From a virus (Duplodnaviria; Caudoviricetes), in IMG/VR virus record IMGVR_UViG_3300030397_000280, positions 1 through 38,345 of that record: DNA of 38,345 nt; one strand, written 5' to 3'. This document shows, piece by piece, positions 15,107 to 25,548 of this stretch; the stretch's first letter is position 1, and each line of letters opens with the position of its first letter. Made by a program: the position numbers and the translations under genes. The notes under the pieces were generated by a model. The model made no database searches. It was given only the letters and a program-made list of their open reading frames with translations, and was not told where the DNA came from.

Positions 15107-18009
15107 GGCGTGTAGCCCTCACTCTTGTCACGTCTGCGCCGGTTCGGTTCGGCTCCAATTTGTTCAGCGATAACTTGCTCCATTTCATTCAGCCCTTGGC
15201 GCAGATAAAACATATTCTGGTAGGGCAGCAGGCGGCGAAGCGCCCGGATATCGGACTCTTTCACACCATCGGCTTCGGCCAGGTTCTGCACCACATTGCC
15301 AACATCTTCGACATAGCCGAATGAAGGCCCCATGAGCGTGGACAGTTGGTTGCGGTAGAAATAACGTGAACCCTCTTTCATGGCCAGCGAGTCAGACAAC
15401 TGGCCCATCAACATGCGGTCAGTGATGTTGAATAACTCCATCGGAACAGTGGCAATACCGGAGCGATCGAGGCCGGCGCGCACCCAGTCCTGCATGGAAT
15501 AGTCATCCATCTCATCACCACGCCCGGAAATGTTCAGGCGTACCCATTCACTCATCATGCCCAGGCCAATGGCCCCGATAATCCCTTCAATGGCGGCTGC
15601 ATCCTTGCGGCCAATCTGTTGCGCCAGCGGAATGAATACCTGGTTATGTGCGGCCAGGAAGAAGCTCTTAAACTGAAACAGCGCCTTGCCCAGTTCGGTG
15701 GACGCGAACAGTGGTCTATCCCCTATACCCGGCGTCACAATGGTCTGGTCCACGTCTTTCAGAAGCACCTTTTCAAAGTGCCGGGCCGCTTCCCTGTCTG
15801 CCCAGTCCATGGTGTTGGCGTTCCAGGACCCCGCCAGCTTCTCACCATGCTCACGCGATTCCTTGGCAATCCGTTTTGCCATGGCCGCATCTATTCCGGC
15901 CTTAGCCAGTCGTTCCTGCCGCCTGGCGCTGAGTTTGGAATACTTCAGGGCATCGCCAATGAACCGATTCTGCGCGGTGAACGCCGCCACTCGCTTGGCG
16001 TTGCTATTCCACCAGTTCATGGCCGAATGACGCGCAAAGGTCCGAGTCCAGCGGTCCATGCGCTTACCAAGATAATCCGTGTCCGCCATGGCGTGAACTC
16101 GAGTAGACAACAGGGAGTCCACCCCGATACCCATTTCCTCCAGCACCTTGCGGTCCAGCTTGGTGTTTTTCGCGTAGTACAGCAGTTGGCGCGGCAAAGC
16201 CCTTGCCCATGCGGACGCGCCGTGCTGCATGATGGGCCTGGCCACGTCTGGAATGGCCGATATGGTCATCATCCCCAGGTTCGCCATGAACGTGAGGCCG
16301 CGAGACAGGCGCATGAAATTGGTCAGTCGCTTACCCTCAGCTTCAGGGTTCAGGCTGCGGCCCAGTAGCAAATCACGTACACCGTGCACGTCATTGATGA
16401 TTTTCTTCTCTTCACGGCGCAGCTTGCGGATGGTCTTTTCATCCGCTCCATCACGCAGCCGGGCATACTCGCCTTTAATGTTGCTCACCACGTTTTCCAG
16501 CTCGTGGTCACCAAAGGCCCGTTTTAACTCCAGCTCCGGAACCGTTTCACGCAAATACCGCTGCATGATTTCATCCACGTTGGATATCAGGAAAGGCTCC
16601 AACTCGTAATCCGAAATCGACAACGTGCGGTCTTTGATGCGCCCGGTGCTGCCAACAATGTTTCGGGGAAGTCTGCCGTGCGGGGTTCCCAGTATTTTGT
16701 CTGTCACGTCATCAGCCAGCAGGGCCGCTTCGTCTTCGTCTATTCCGTCTTTGACGAAATTCCGGATGAGCATTTCCCGCCACTCAGACTCCTGCTTTTG
16801 AATCTTGTGCGTGTCGTACAAGCGAGGCAGGTACGATTCTGCAAAGTCCGTGGTCAGGTCTTCAGGCAAATCACCCAACTCCTGAAACCCCTTGGTAACC
16901 GGGCTGATAACATCCTTTCGCAGCGCCCTGGCCGCTTCTGCCACTTCCGGGATCTTGTGCGTATCACCGCGCCTCATGGCCTTACCGACTTCTTCCAGGA
17001 AGTCCGGGAAGCTCAGTTTTGAGCGAACCTTGGCCGTGGTCATGGTGCTGGCCTTAGCCATTTTCTGGTACGCCTCATTAACGGTACGCACCGCACTGGC
17101 GCCCATGGCGTTCTGCTTTCGAATGACTTCGACTTCCACCGGTATCTCGGTAGCCTTGCCCTGCTTGTTTTTGCCCAGGTAGAAATTATGGCGAAGCATG
17201 ACATTGGCGAAGTTCCGCGCATACGCGCTGGAAGACTTCAGCAGGCGTGTGACCGGTGAAAACGCTGGCCCTACCCGGCCAGTGCCTTCCTCGGACTTGG
17301 AACCGCGCAGCGTCCGGGCTGCACCTACGTCCTGCAAACCACCGTCTTCGGCATTGATTCGCAGCTCTTCAGCCGCCTCATCAAGCTGTTTCAGGGTGTT
17401 TTTCGTACCAGCGCCCGCCAGTGACCCCAAAGCCCCACCTAGGAGCGTTGTAGCCCCTACCGCGAACATGGACTCCTGCCAGGTCCGTGTGGGGTTAGTA
17501 GCGTGGAGGATTGATTCAGTTGCCGCCGCCTCTGCCCCACCAAAACCTGCCACCGTGGCACCGGTCTTGAGTGCGCCACCGCCTGCTCTTGCAACGGCAC
17601 CACCTGGAATAAACATCATCGGCAGCATTACCGGGTCAGTCATGCCTGCAGCGGTGCTCCACAACAGCCCCCGAACACCTTCGCCGGCCAGTAAATCGCG
17701 GTCTGATATGCGCCGGTCAATCTCGGCCATCTTCATTTCAAGCTGGTCCGGGGAGCGAACGTCCAGGAAATCAGCCGAGTACATAAGGTACTTGTCCGGC
17801 AATCCGTCATAGGGATTGAAGCCAGGCTGGTCTGGTTCATCTGACTGGTAGTGCCTGGACTCCACCCACGAGGAAAGCGGGTTTTCTGTTCTCAGTGCGG
17901 CTGCGGCCACGTCCAGGGTTGACGCCCTTTCGCGCTCCATGATTTCCGGATGGGCAGGCAGTGCTTTCAGGGCTTCTTCCCCTGATGCCTCTACCCACTG
18001 CGCTTTCAT
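15103..18009 (-). CDS. Large internal virion (DNA ejection) protein
   Basis: 968 aa helical protein, G/A-rich membrane-like segment, QFKSF and RRLLPYQN motifs; position typical of podoviruses. Confidence 0.75.
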   Translation of the reverse strand: MKAQWVEASGEEALKALPAHPEIMERERASTLDVAAAALRTENPLSSWVESRHYQSDEPDQPGFNPYDGLPDKYLMYSADFLDVRSPDQLEMKMAEIDRRISDRDLLAGEGVRGLLWSTAAGMTDPVMLPMMFIPGGAVARAGGGALKTGATVAGFGGAEAAATESILHATNPTRTWQESMFAVGATTLLGGALGSLAGAGTKNTLKQLDEAAEELRINAEDGGLQDVGAARTLRGSKSEEGTGRVGPAFSPVTRLLKSSSAYARNFANVMLRHNFYLGKNKQGKATEIPVEVEVIRKQNAMGASAVRTVNEAYQKMAKASTMTTAKVRSKLSFPDFLEEVGKAMRRGDTHKIPEVAEAARALRKDVISPVTKGFQELGDLPEDLTTDFAESYLPRLYDTHKIQKQESEWREMLIRNFVKDGIDEDEAALLADDVTDKILGTPHGRLPRNIVGSTGRIKDRTLSISDYELEPFLISNVDEIMQRYLRETVPELELKRAFGDHELENVVSNIKGEYARLRDGADEKTIRKLRREEKKIINDVHGVRDLLLGRSLNPEAEGKRLTNFMRLSRGLTFMANLGMMTISAIPDVARPIMQHGASAWARALPRQLLYYAKNTKLDRKVLEEMGIGVDSLLSTRVHAMADTDYLGKRMDRWTRTFARHSAMNWWNSNAKRVAAFTAQNRFIGDALKYSKLSARRQERLAKAGIDAAMAKRIAKESREHGEKLAGSWNANTMDWADREAARHFEKVLLKDVDQTIVTPGIGDRPLFASTELGKALFQFKSFFLAAHNQVFIPLAQQIGRKDAAAIEGIIGAIGLGMMSEWVRLNISGRGDEMDDYSMQDWVRAGLDRSGIATVPMELFNITDRMLMGQLSDSLAMKEGSRYFYRNQLSTLMGPSFGYVEDVGNVVQNLAEADGVKESDIRALRRLLPYQNMFYLRQGLNEMEQVIAEQIGAEPNRRRRDKSEGYTP

Positions 18010-20135
18010 CAGAACTTAATCTCTTCCAGCTTGGTACGGTTGGCCTCGCGCTCCATTTCCAGCGCCTCAATGCGCTGCGTTCTCAGGTTGCGCCAGCGTG
18101 ATTCCTGCGGCTTGGAGTAGCCAGAAACCTCCATGGCGAACTGGATATTTTTGATTTCCTTTTCGATTGCCTCGTTACGGCTTTCAATGCGTTTGATTTT
18201 GTTCTCGGTGACCAGCTCATCTTCGATGGTGTTCATGTCCACCGGAACAGTCAGCACCTCAATGCCGGATTCGGACACGCGAGATACCGGAACCTCGCCC
18301 ACATACACCCTGAACCGCTGCTCATTGCCTTCCGGCTTCATGGGTTCAAAGCGGATGTCATCGTCATCCACTTCACTCAGGGGCTTGCCGTTGATTTTCA
18401 GACCCCGTGCGGACTCCCTGGACGCTTCCACGAGGCTGGGGCGCATAACCTTGGCCTCACCCTCTACCCCGTACCGCTGAATCTCCCAGCGCCCGTTGAT
18501 GTTGGTGCGCTTCCAGTTGTTACGGATGGCCTCAGATGCCCTGTACTGAGCGGCTGCAGGGTCGCCTGTGGATTCATAAACACTTCGGTATACCTTCCCA
18601 TACTCCACGCGCATCCGCTTAGGCGCGTCCGGCTGCGCTGAAAAGATGCCAGGGTCGTAATGTTCATCCACGAAATCACCGAACACGCCATCAAAGCCCG
18701 GCCTCAATTCGTTTTCGTACTCATCCAGCCGGGCAATGCGTTCAGCCTCATCCACGCTTCCCGCTTCCCAGGCGGTTTGTGCTGCCATGGCGGGTTGCAT
18801 ACCGCTTTCCGCCAGCATGTGCACATGGGCATAAAGGTCTTTCGCCTTTGAGTCGATTTTCAAATCAGGGCGGACGCCTGGGTCTGAATTAATCGCCTTC
18901 CACAATGGATAGTTCTGAGCCAATGATTCCTGGTTTGATGAACCCAACTGCAACGCCCTTGATGTGGTTTCTGAGGCCACCTTGGCCTGGCGTGTGGTCT
19001 CGGCAATGAACTGAATCTGTTCTTCCGGCTCCATGGTGGACGCTACGCGCAGCTCGTATTCCCCCAGCGCCTTCCGGTGCTTCGCGTCATCCGGCACCGA
19101 GCCATTGGCCAACATGGCCGGAATGTCTGCCTGAACCGCCTGGTTTTCCAGGCCGGCTGCGATTTTGTTCAACAGCGTGTTGCGCCTGGTGACGGTTTCA
19201 GGCTCTGAAGGGTCGCCATACTTGCCGGCCTTGTATGAAGCATTCAGCTCTTCAAGGCTCATGTACCCATGTTCAGCGCGAACCGCGTCATCGCCATAGG
19301 CAAGCAAATGTCCTGCGGCCTGTTTCTCGGATTCCGCCCGGCGAACCGCGCCCCATTCCGTGCGTTTTTCCTCGGCGCGGTCAATGGCCATGTCCCGTTC
19401 TTCGTCGCTCAGGTTTGTGTATATGCCTTCACGCTTCATCAGGGCCGCGATTTCAGCATCACCAGCATCTTCGCTCATGGAATATGCCTGGTCCACGCGC
19501 CCAGCCACCTGGCGAACCACATGCTGAGACTCTGCCTTATCGACCTCGGCCAGTGCTTTGTCTATCTGGTCTTGCCCCACCAGGTCTTTGGCCATGGTCG
19601 CAGATAGCAGAAACCGGGCGCCCTGGTAATCACCACTTTCCAGGGCTTCTGAAACGCCCTGGTTCAGCTCGGCTGTGGCCTGCTCTACCCTTATCTTCCG
19701 CTTGGCGCGGGAAACATCAAGCTTGTGGTCTTCAATCTCTTGCGCGAATGCCTGCTCAAAGTGGCCGCGAAAGCTCGCGTTCTTCAGTTCAACGCTTTTC
19801 CCACGCGCCTCAGTCAGAATTTCATCGGCACGTTTCTGGTATTCATCCGGGTCGGTCAGCCCTTCATCTTCCAACTTCAACAGATTGCGTCGGGTTTCCG
19901 CCTGAATCCCTTTGGCCTTCAGCTCATCTGCGGCCAGTTGCTGGCGGACCTCGAACTGTTGGTGTTCATCCAGCGCACCCACCGCCGCATTAGTCGCCCC
20001 CGTAATCGCCCCGAACTTGGCCAGCTCGGCACCAGCGGCCTCGCCGGGCGTTATGGCGCTTGCTCTTTGTCGCTGGCGCTCACCAACAGCCCTTGATGCC
20101 AGACTGATACGCTGCTGTCCGAGGTTTAGCTTCAT
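18009..20135 (-). CDS. Internal virion protein
   Basis: 708 aa, helical, A/E-rich; synteny. Confidence 0.7.
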   Translation of the reverse strand: MKLNLGQQRISLASRAVGERQRQRASAITPGEAAGAELAKFGAITGATNAAVGALDEHQQFEVRQQLAADELKAKGIQAETRRNLLKLEDEGLTDPDEYQKRADEILTEARGKSVELKNASFRGHFEQAFAQEIEDHKLDVSRAKRKIRVEQATAELNQGVSEALESGDYQGARFLLSATMAKDLVGQDQIDKALAEVDKAESQHVVRQVAGRVDQAYSMSEDAGDAEIAALMKREGIYTNLSDEERDMAIDRAEEKRTEWGAVRRAESEKQAAGHLLAYGDDAVRAEHGYMSLEELNASYKAGKYGDPSEPETVTRRNTLLNKIAAGLENQAVQADIPAMLANGSVPDDAKHRKALGEYELRVASTMEPEEQIQFIAETTRQAKVASETTSRALQLGSSNQESLAQNYPLWKAINSDPGVRPDLKIDSKAKDLYAHVHMLAESGMQPAMAAQTAWEAGSVDEAERIARLDEYENELRPGFDGVFGDFVDEHYDPGIFSAQPDAPKRMRVEYGKVYRSVYESTGDPAAAQYRASEAIRNNWKRTNINGRWEIQRYGVEGEAKVMRPSLVEASRESARGLKINGKPLSEVDDDDIRFEPMKPEGNEQRFRVYVGEVPVSRVSESGIEVLTVPVDMNTIEDELVTENKIKRIESRNEAIEKEIKNIQFAMEVSGYSKPQESRWRNLRTQRIEALEMEREANRTKLEEIKF

Positions 20136-20138
20136 TGG

Positions 20139-20564
20139 TTATCTAATGTGGGGACCAATCAGGCTGAACATGTTGGCGAACTGATTGGCCGCACTCGAGT
20201 AGCTGCCGTATTTGGCCTGCTTTCCAACCAGGTCACCACGCGCCAAAGCATTCGCAGCACGAGACGCCCCGGCTTCCCTGGTTACGTTTCTCAGGCGCTC
20301 GTATTCGCTCGCCTGTGTCGCCAAAACCATTAAAGGAGAGCCTGAATCCACCTTCACGCCAGAACCGGCCACGGACGCGATGGTCTCGCCACGGACCACC
20401 TCTTCCTCAACACCCAACTGGCGAATTTTCTCATCCGTGACAATGCCTTCAAGGCGCGCTTCTTCAGCGGCCTGCCGGTCTGCCGCTTTCTCGGCCTCAC
20501 GCCCACCAGCCAGGCTGGCAATAGCGCCTACCCCGGACAGGATTCCGGCAATGATTCCAAACAT
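20139..20564 (-). CDS. Small internal virion protein
   Basis: Hydrophobic G/A N-terminus; A.SGV...SGSPL motif. Confidence 0.75.
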   Translation of the reverse strand: MFGIIAGILSGVGAIASLAGGREAEKAADRQAAEEARLEGIVTDEKIRQLGVEEEVVRGETIASVAGSGVKVDSGSPLMVLATQASEYERLRNVTREAGASRAANALARGDLVGKQAKYGSYSSAANQFANMFSLIGPHIR

Positions 20565-20573
20565 GAATTTCTC

Positions 20574-22898
20574 CTATGCGTTATTCGATTCGAACCGCCC
20601 GAACATGCCCACCACATGCAGTGGGTAGGGTCCGCTCGGTTTAATGGGAACTGAGCCATCCTCGTGGCCCACGTTCGAGAACTCGTGGTCTTGCAAGCCT
20701 GTCCGCTGTGTTTCAGCCGTTCCCATCGGTGTGGATGGGGTTCTGTCAGGCGGTAACTCTCCATCCACTTCAGGCAGTGATGAGTCCAGGCAACGGACAG
20801 TCAATTCAGGCCATCTGCGGTCCATGCCAAAACCAATCCCCATGGGATGGCCGCGCACCACTTCCTGCGTATGAATCAGGCTATCTTCGTGGTACATCAG
20901 CCCCACCGTGAACTCTTCACCGTCGCGGTCTTCAGGCAGCAGGATTAAGCCGTTATCCACCGTATAAGTGCCTTCCAGGAGTGCATCACCAATCAACACA
21001 CCCACTTCCCGGCCCTCCAGGTGGTCAATGCCGGATATCTGCTCACCGGTGACCGTTCCCGTTACCCAGGCGTCCATGTGGCAAATGCCCTGTGAGGCAT
21101 AGGTGCCTGAACCAAACGTCCGGGTTGGATACGGCATGTGTTCCAGGTAGTAGCTGTCACCACGCTCAACCACCAGGTACAGCTCTTCTTCCTTCGTCGT
21201 GGCGTTGTAATACGCGCAAATGTCATGAATCACGTCATCGGTTCCGGCGCCAGACCAGGGAACGGACTCGGCTGACTTGTTCATGCCCATCATGACCAGC
21301 TCACCGTCTTCGGTGAGCATGAAAAGCACCACTTCAGGCACATAGAACGGCACCACACGCTTGATTCCTGGCGCGAGCAAGTGTTCAGCCATCCACGAGG
21401 CTTCAAGGGATGAGAAGCTGTTGTAGTCCCGCACGTAACGGGTTGCACGTAGCTTCGTCTGCCCTTGCTCCACATAGAACAGCTCGGTATCAATCACCAC
21501 CGGTTTGGTGAAGTAAGAACGCGCACCGTTCTGTTTAACTGCTGAGATGTCGCCCGGACCCAGCGACACCTCAGCAGAGATATTCCAGTCGCCTGATGAA
21601 GTACCAATCATCAGGTTCAACTGCGAGGCCATCCAGCGAATGGCCGGTGTGTCCGTGGTATCCAATGAAAACTCAAACGGGTCAGAAGCATTGGACCCAC
21701 CAATGAAGTCGTCATACGAGGCAATACGCGAACCCCACAGCGTGGTGGAAGCGTCCTTCGCGCCGGCCAGAATCAACCGCTGCTCGTGGAACACGCCAAC
21801 TGTAGGAAAACCCCTATCCCATGGCGCATAAACCGTATCCTCGGCCCAGTCATTGCTGGAATCGTGCTGCCAGGCCCACCAATCCGGTGCAGTGGTACCC
21901 AAATCTTCCCAGTAGTCCGTCCAACTTGAGCCGGAACCGGGTTCGTCTATGTCATCCGCCACACCGTCTGATTTGTGCGGCTGCAGGCACTTGTAGTAGT
22001 TCGAGCCGTTCTGCACCACATACGGGAATGACCAGGCCGGCTCTTCACCTGGATTCAGTATCCCTGTGGCCTCAATGTCAATTGGCCCTGCGTTGTCCGG
22101 GTCGGTGGGGTACAACACCATGTCCCGGCCAGCGTTCTCACCAGTGATGGTGACTTCATACACGGAACCAGGGGTGGTAGTACTCACCGCCCCTATCGTG
22201 GTTCCGGCCCCTTGCAAAAGCGAAATGGATGACAGCGCGTTGAATATGTCGGACTCGTTCACCGTGTCATCCGAAGAAAACCGCCAGCGTATCGGCTGGG
22301 GTTCAGGCAAACCGGATTCGGCCAGAATGCCGCCATAACTCACCACGTACTCATCAAACGCCGCAAAACTGTTGAAGGTGATTTCGTAGGTGGTGTCCGC
22401 ACTCGCCACGCTCGGAGATTTGCGGTCCTTGTACTCGGTGACCGGGATCTTCGAGAACTCCAGTTCCTCAGTGGTAATCTCGCCATCGCTGTGCTGCGTG
22501 ATGTAGATAGGCGGATGATTCACCTGCAGGAGAATCCCCAGCCGCTCCTGGTTGGTAAACCACAAAGCCGACAACTCGGCCAGCGTGTAATCGTTGGTCC
22601 CGGTATCGCTCAACAGCGAATCATCTACCCGAAAGCGAAGACTGCCCTCTTCCACTTCTATGAGAATGTCGGACTCATCCCCGCCCCGGTGAAACTGGAA
22701 CGTGCGGAATAGCTGGTCTTGAGTCGGAACATCCACCTTCCGCATACCCTCGCGGAACATGGCCCCGCCCTGTGGCGTGACCACGAAGTTACGCAGGGTC
22801 CGGCAGGACTCGTTATATTTCGGCGCGTCCGCTCTCAGTGAGGCGCGGGGAGATAACTCGCCACCCGCAAAGGAAAGGCGAGCCTGCTGGGTTCTCAC
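20574..22898 (-). CDS. Tail tubular protein B / nozzle
   Basis: SFAGGELSP, NF.V.PQGG...R.G, GFP....FHEQRL, W.SR...Y.DF. Confidence 0.85.
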   Translation of the reverse strand: MRTQQARLSFAGGELSPRASLRADAPKYNESCRTLRNFVVTPQGGAMFREGMRKVDVPTQDQLFRTFQFHRGGDESDILIEVEEGSLRFRVDDSLLSDTGTNDYTLAELSALWFTNQERLGILLQVNHPPIYITQHSDGEITTEELEFSKIPVTEYKDRKSPSVASADTTYEITFNSFAAFDEYVVSYGGILAESGLPEPQPIRWRFSSDDTVNESDIFNALSSISLLQGAGTTIGAVSTTTPGSVYEVTITGENAGRDMVLYPTDPDNAGPIDIEATGILNPGEEPAWSFPYVVQNGSNYYKCLQPHKSDGVADDIDEPGSGSSWTDYWEDLGTTAPDWWAWQHDSSNDWAEDTVYAPWDRGFPTVGVFHEQRLILAGAKDASTTLWGSRIASYDDFIGGSNASDPFEFSLDTTDTPAIRWMASQLNLMIGTSSGDWNISAEVSLGPGDISAVKQNGARSYFTKPVVIDTELFYVEQGQTKLRATRYVRDYNSFSSLEASWMAEHLLAPGIKRVVPFYVPEVVLFMLTEDGELVMMGMNKSAESVPWSGAGTDDVIHDICAYYNATTKEEELYLVVERGDSYYLEHMPYPTRTFGSGTYASQGICHMDAWVTGTVTGEQISGIDHLEGREVGVLIGDALLEGTYTVDNGLILLPEDRDGEEFTVGLMYHEDSLIHTQEVVRGHPMGIGFGMDRRWPELTVRCLDSSLPEVDGELPPDRTPSTPMGTAETQRTGLQDHEFSNVGHEDGSVPIKPSGPYPLHVVGMFGRFESNNA

Positions 22899-23494
22899 CA
22901 GCGCCTTCCCAAACGGGCTTTTTGCATAGACCGGTTGCGCAGGCGGCGATTGCGGCCCCGCGATCCATCACGAGAGGCCGCTGCGCGTATCAGGGCTGCA
23001 AATTCTTGCTTCAGGTCATTGCGAAGCGAACGGTTGCCCCTCAGTGGCACCGCCAGCTTCATGGCCAGGCGAGCCACAAACGCCTCAACAAACAGTGGCG
23101 TGAAACTGCCTTCATCCTCCACCCGGCGAATGCCCCGGCAGTAGATAACGGAATCATTGGTCAGGATGTAACCAGACTCTTCGGTCCAGTCCGCCTGCTC
23201 TGAAGGGTCCGTCACTGAAGCGTTCGGGTCACAGTCCACCGTCACCACGCGGATAATGTCGCCCGGCACCTTGAAGGCGTAGTCATAGCCGTACTCAGGG
23301 CCGTCAGAAGACTGTGCTGGCGTGAACCGCTTGACCGCAAAAGACCACTCGTAGGCTTCCAGTGCCGCATCACGCGCCATGCCGTAATGGGTTTTGACCG
23401 CTATCGCCTCTTTGCTCGTGTCTTCAATCGAGGTAATGCGATTAGCCCCAATCATGTCCAGGGCAGCATTGGAAATGTCTACACGTTCTGACAT
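22895..23494 (-). CDS. Tail tubular protein A / adaptor
   Basis: ISN.AL..IGA..I.S, W.FA.KR, Y.F..P.D, F.PLF.EA...RLA..LA. Confidence 0.85.
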   Translation of the reverse strand: MSERVDISNAALDMIGANRITSIEDTSKEAIAVKTHYGMARDAALEAYEWSFAVKRFTPAQSSDGPEYGYDYAFKVPGDIIRVVTVDCDPNASVTDPSEQADWTEESGYILTNDSVIYCRGIRRVEDEGSFTPLFVEAFVARLAMKLAVPLRGNRSLRNDLKQEFAALIRAAASRDGSRGRNRRLRNRSMQKARLGRRW

Positions 23495-23982
23495 CAGAAG
23501 TAGTGCTGCAGGTCTACGCCAGAACCTTCCTCAGCCAAGATGTAGTTGCTGAGAAAATCGGGAGCCGTGATGTACGTGAAGATAATGTCCAGTACAGCGC
23601 CGGTTTCGTTGTCCTTGATTCTCAGAATGCAGGTGTCGCCGTTGACGAAATCTACACCTCGCAGCTTGACCACCTTGATGCCCTGGGTAGGGAAAGCTCC
23701 TATCTGAAGGTTTCTCAGGCCAGTGTCCTTAATTTTCTGGCGAATCTGGCCACCGTACAGCTTCTTTTCGTGGCCAACGCGGTTAAACCTAACCCCGCCG
23801 CCCTGTACGCCGACATCAGAACTGAACGCTTTCACACGCTCACCGTCCACCATTTTGAACAGGACCATCCTGATGTCTTTGCTGGTGATGCCGAATTGAG
23901 AAAGGCCCACAGAGCCGTAAGCCCTTTCTCCAAACCTTGCTCCGAACAGTTTTTCCTGTGTAGTTTCAGTCTTTTTGCTCAT
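23494..23982 (-). CDS. Hypothetical protein in the head-tail module
   Basis: 162-aa ORF coupled on both sides. Confidence 0.65.
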   Translation of the reverse strand: MSKKTETTQEKLFGARFGERAYGSVGLSQFGITSKDIRMVLFKMVDGERVKAFSSDVGVQGGGVRFNRVGHEKKLYGGQIRQKIKDTGLRNLQIGAFPTQGIKVVKLRGVDFVNGDTCILRIKDNETGAVLDIIFTYITAPDFLSNYILAEEGSGVDLQHYF

Positions 23983-24362
23983 GGTAAATGTCCTCCGTGG
24001 TCCAGCCCTTGCGCGTGTCCCGCTTCATGCCCAATGCAGTAAAGGGCATTCCACTCGGCACTCAGGCCGTTGTATTCAGAAAGCACGCGGCCAAATTCGC
24101 GCACCCTCCATATATCTCCGTGGTTTTCAGGCAACATCGTGGGAACGTGCAGCCCTGCAGGAATCTTCAGTTCATAAGAGCCCGCAGAAAGGGTCGGATA
24201 CTCGCGCAACACAATCTGGCCCTTGTCGTAGCAACATACCCTTCTGCAGCGGGCATCCCGCTCTTGCGTACTCACCACCATTTCCACTTCCTGTGGGAAC
24301 GTTGTGAATGTCGCGCAGGCGCAAAGGGCCGCGCTCAATAGAGCGAGGAAAATGGTTTTCAT
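23979..24362 (-). CDS. Secreted/lipoprotein with HEXXHXXGXXH Zn-metalloprotease motif
   Basis: Signal MKTIFLALLSAALCAC; HEAGHAQGLDH near the C-terminus; GGAG SD. Confidence 0.65.
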   Translation of the reverse strand: MKTIFLALLSAALCACATFTTFPQEVEMVVSTQERDARCRRVCCYDKGQIVLREYPTLSAGSYELKIPAGLHVPTMLPENHGDIWRVREFGRVLSEYNGLSAEWNALYCIGHEAGHAQGLDHGGHLP

Positions 24363-24381
24363 GGGTCTCTCCAGTTAAGAG

Positions 24382-25548
24382 TTATGACCAGGGATTGTCG
24401 TAGACGCGCAAATTGGACAGAGCCGCGCCGGTACCTATAGCGATGACCTTGCCGCCTGTTTCGGTTTGGTTAAACGATTCGTCAGCAGCTTTTCTGCCAA
24501 TACTTAACCCGTTGCTTCTGGCAAGGCTATGCCCAATCCTTATGTTCTGCGCAGTGATGTTCCAGCCCTTTCCGTCAGCCACTGTTGTCACTACAGAATC
24601 CAGCACGGTGTCTGAGCCTAATTCCCGCTTGATCACAAAGCCGTGACCATCGCTATTAAGCTCAAACGCGATATAGTTGTCGTCATCAGTGTACCTCAAG
24701 GCAACACGCACTAGCTGGCCTGGGTCCGGGTATGAATTAATATCGAATTGAATCGCGCAATCAGCTGTGCAATCAAACACATCCCCTTCAGAAACTGAGA
24801 TCGCACTCCTGTCAATATCAGGAGCAACAAGCGTCATGGCTGCTATTGTTATGTCACCGCCTGAATCTGTGTACATAAACGGGTGGATTCCGTTTTCAGG
24901 CTCGGAATCCCAATCGTTGAGAAAAACTGCAGTCCTGTAAGTTTCAACACTCCTATACGAAAGAATCCCACTCGGATCATTCGTTGCTGCTTCTGGCGGC
25001 GGATGCGCTGCAACATCTCCCGATTGATTACCATTCCTGTATCGGATAACAAAATCTTGCGTACCCGCCGAATCGTTGGAAACGATATCGAATTGAAGAA
25101 TAAGCAGCCGATCTTCAAGGTCATCACCCTTTCTGCTATCAAACTCCAGTCGCTCACTGGCACCAGAGCTAACATCATCCAACCGGCATGTGCCGCCCCC
25201 AATGGTTACGTTGGGGCCATGAGTCCACCCATCTGAAGAATCAAACGAGCCAATGCCTTCGAGCAGGTCACTTGAACCACCAATCAGCCCCTCACACCAC
25301 GCCTGTTTCCACATGGTGGGAAGTGCGGCAGGCGTACAGCCAATCGCTATCAGGTACTCACGAGCTGCGGTGTTGAAGTGGTTGGACGTGGCACCGTTCG
25401 CCTGGAAGTAGGCAAGCCACAGTTTGTTGATGTGACCGGTCTGGCCGGTTTCGGTTTCCAGCCACTCACGCATGAGCGTGTTGATATGGCCAGTGGACCC
25501 TGTGAGGGTTTCAAGGTGGACCCGCTTGCAGGTCTGGCGCTGGCTCAT
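24382..25548 (-). CDS. Putative capsid decoration / head-fibre protein
   Basis: N-terminal ~17-aa repeats, acidic beta-rich C-terminal domains; downstream of the capsid gene. Confidence 0.55.
   Translation of the reverse strand: MSQRQTCKRVHLETLTGSTGHINTLMREWLETETGQTGHINKLWLAYFQANGATSNHFNTAAREYLIAIGCTPAALPTMWKQAWCEGLIGGSSDLLEGIGSFDSSDGWTHGPNVTIGGGTCRLDDVSSGASERLEFDSRKGDDLEDRLLILQFDIVSNDSAGTQDFVIRYRNGNQSGDVAAHPPPEAATNDPSGILSYRSVETYRTAVFLNDWDSEPENGIHPFMYTDSGGDITIAAMTLVAPDIDRSAISVSEGDVFDCTADCAIQFDINSYPDPGQLVRVALRYTDDDNYIAFELNSDGHGFVIKRELGSDTVLDSVVTTVADGKGWNITAQNIRIGHSLARSNGLSIGRKAADESFNQTETGGKVIAIGTGAALSNLRVYDNPWS

Noticed and set aside
13375-19993. Long plus-strand ORFs (13375-14118, 14339-15070, 15619-16368, 17198-17812, 19235-19993)
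   Set aside because: They are antisense shadows of well-supported structural genes and show no recognisable motifs.
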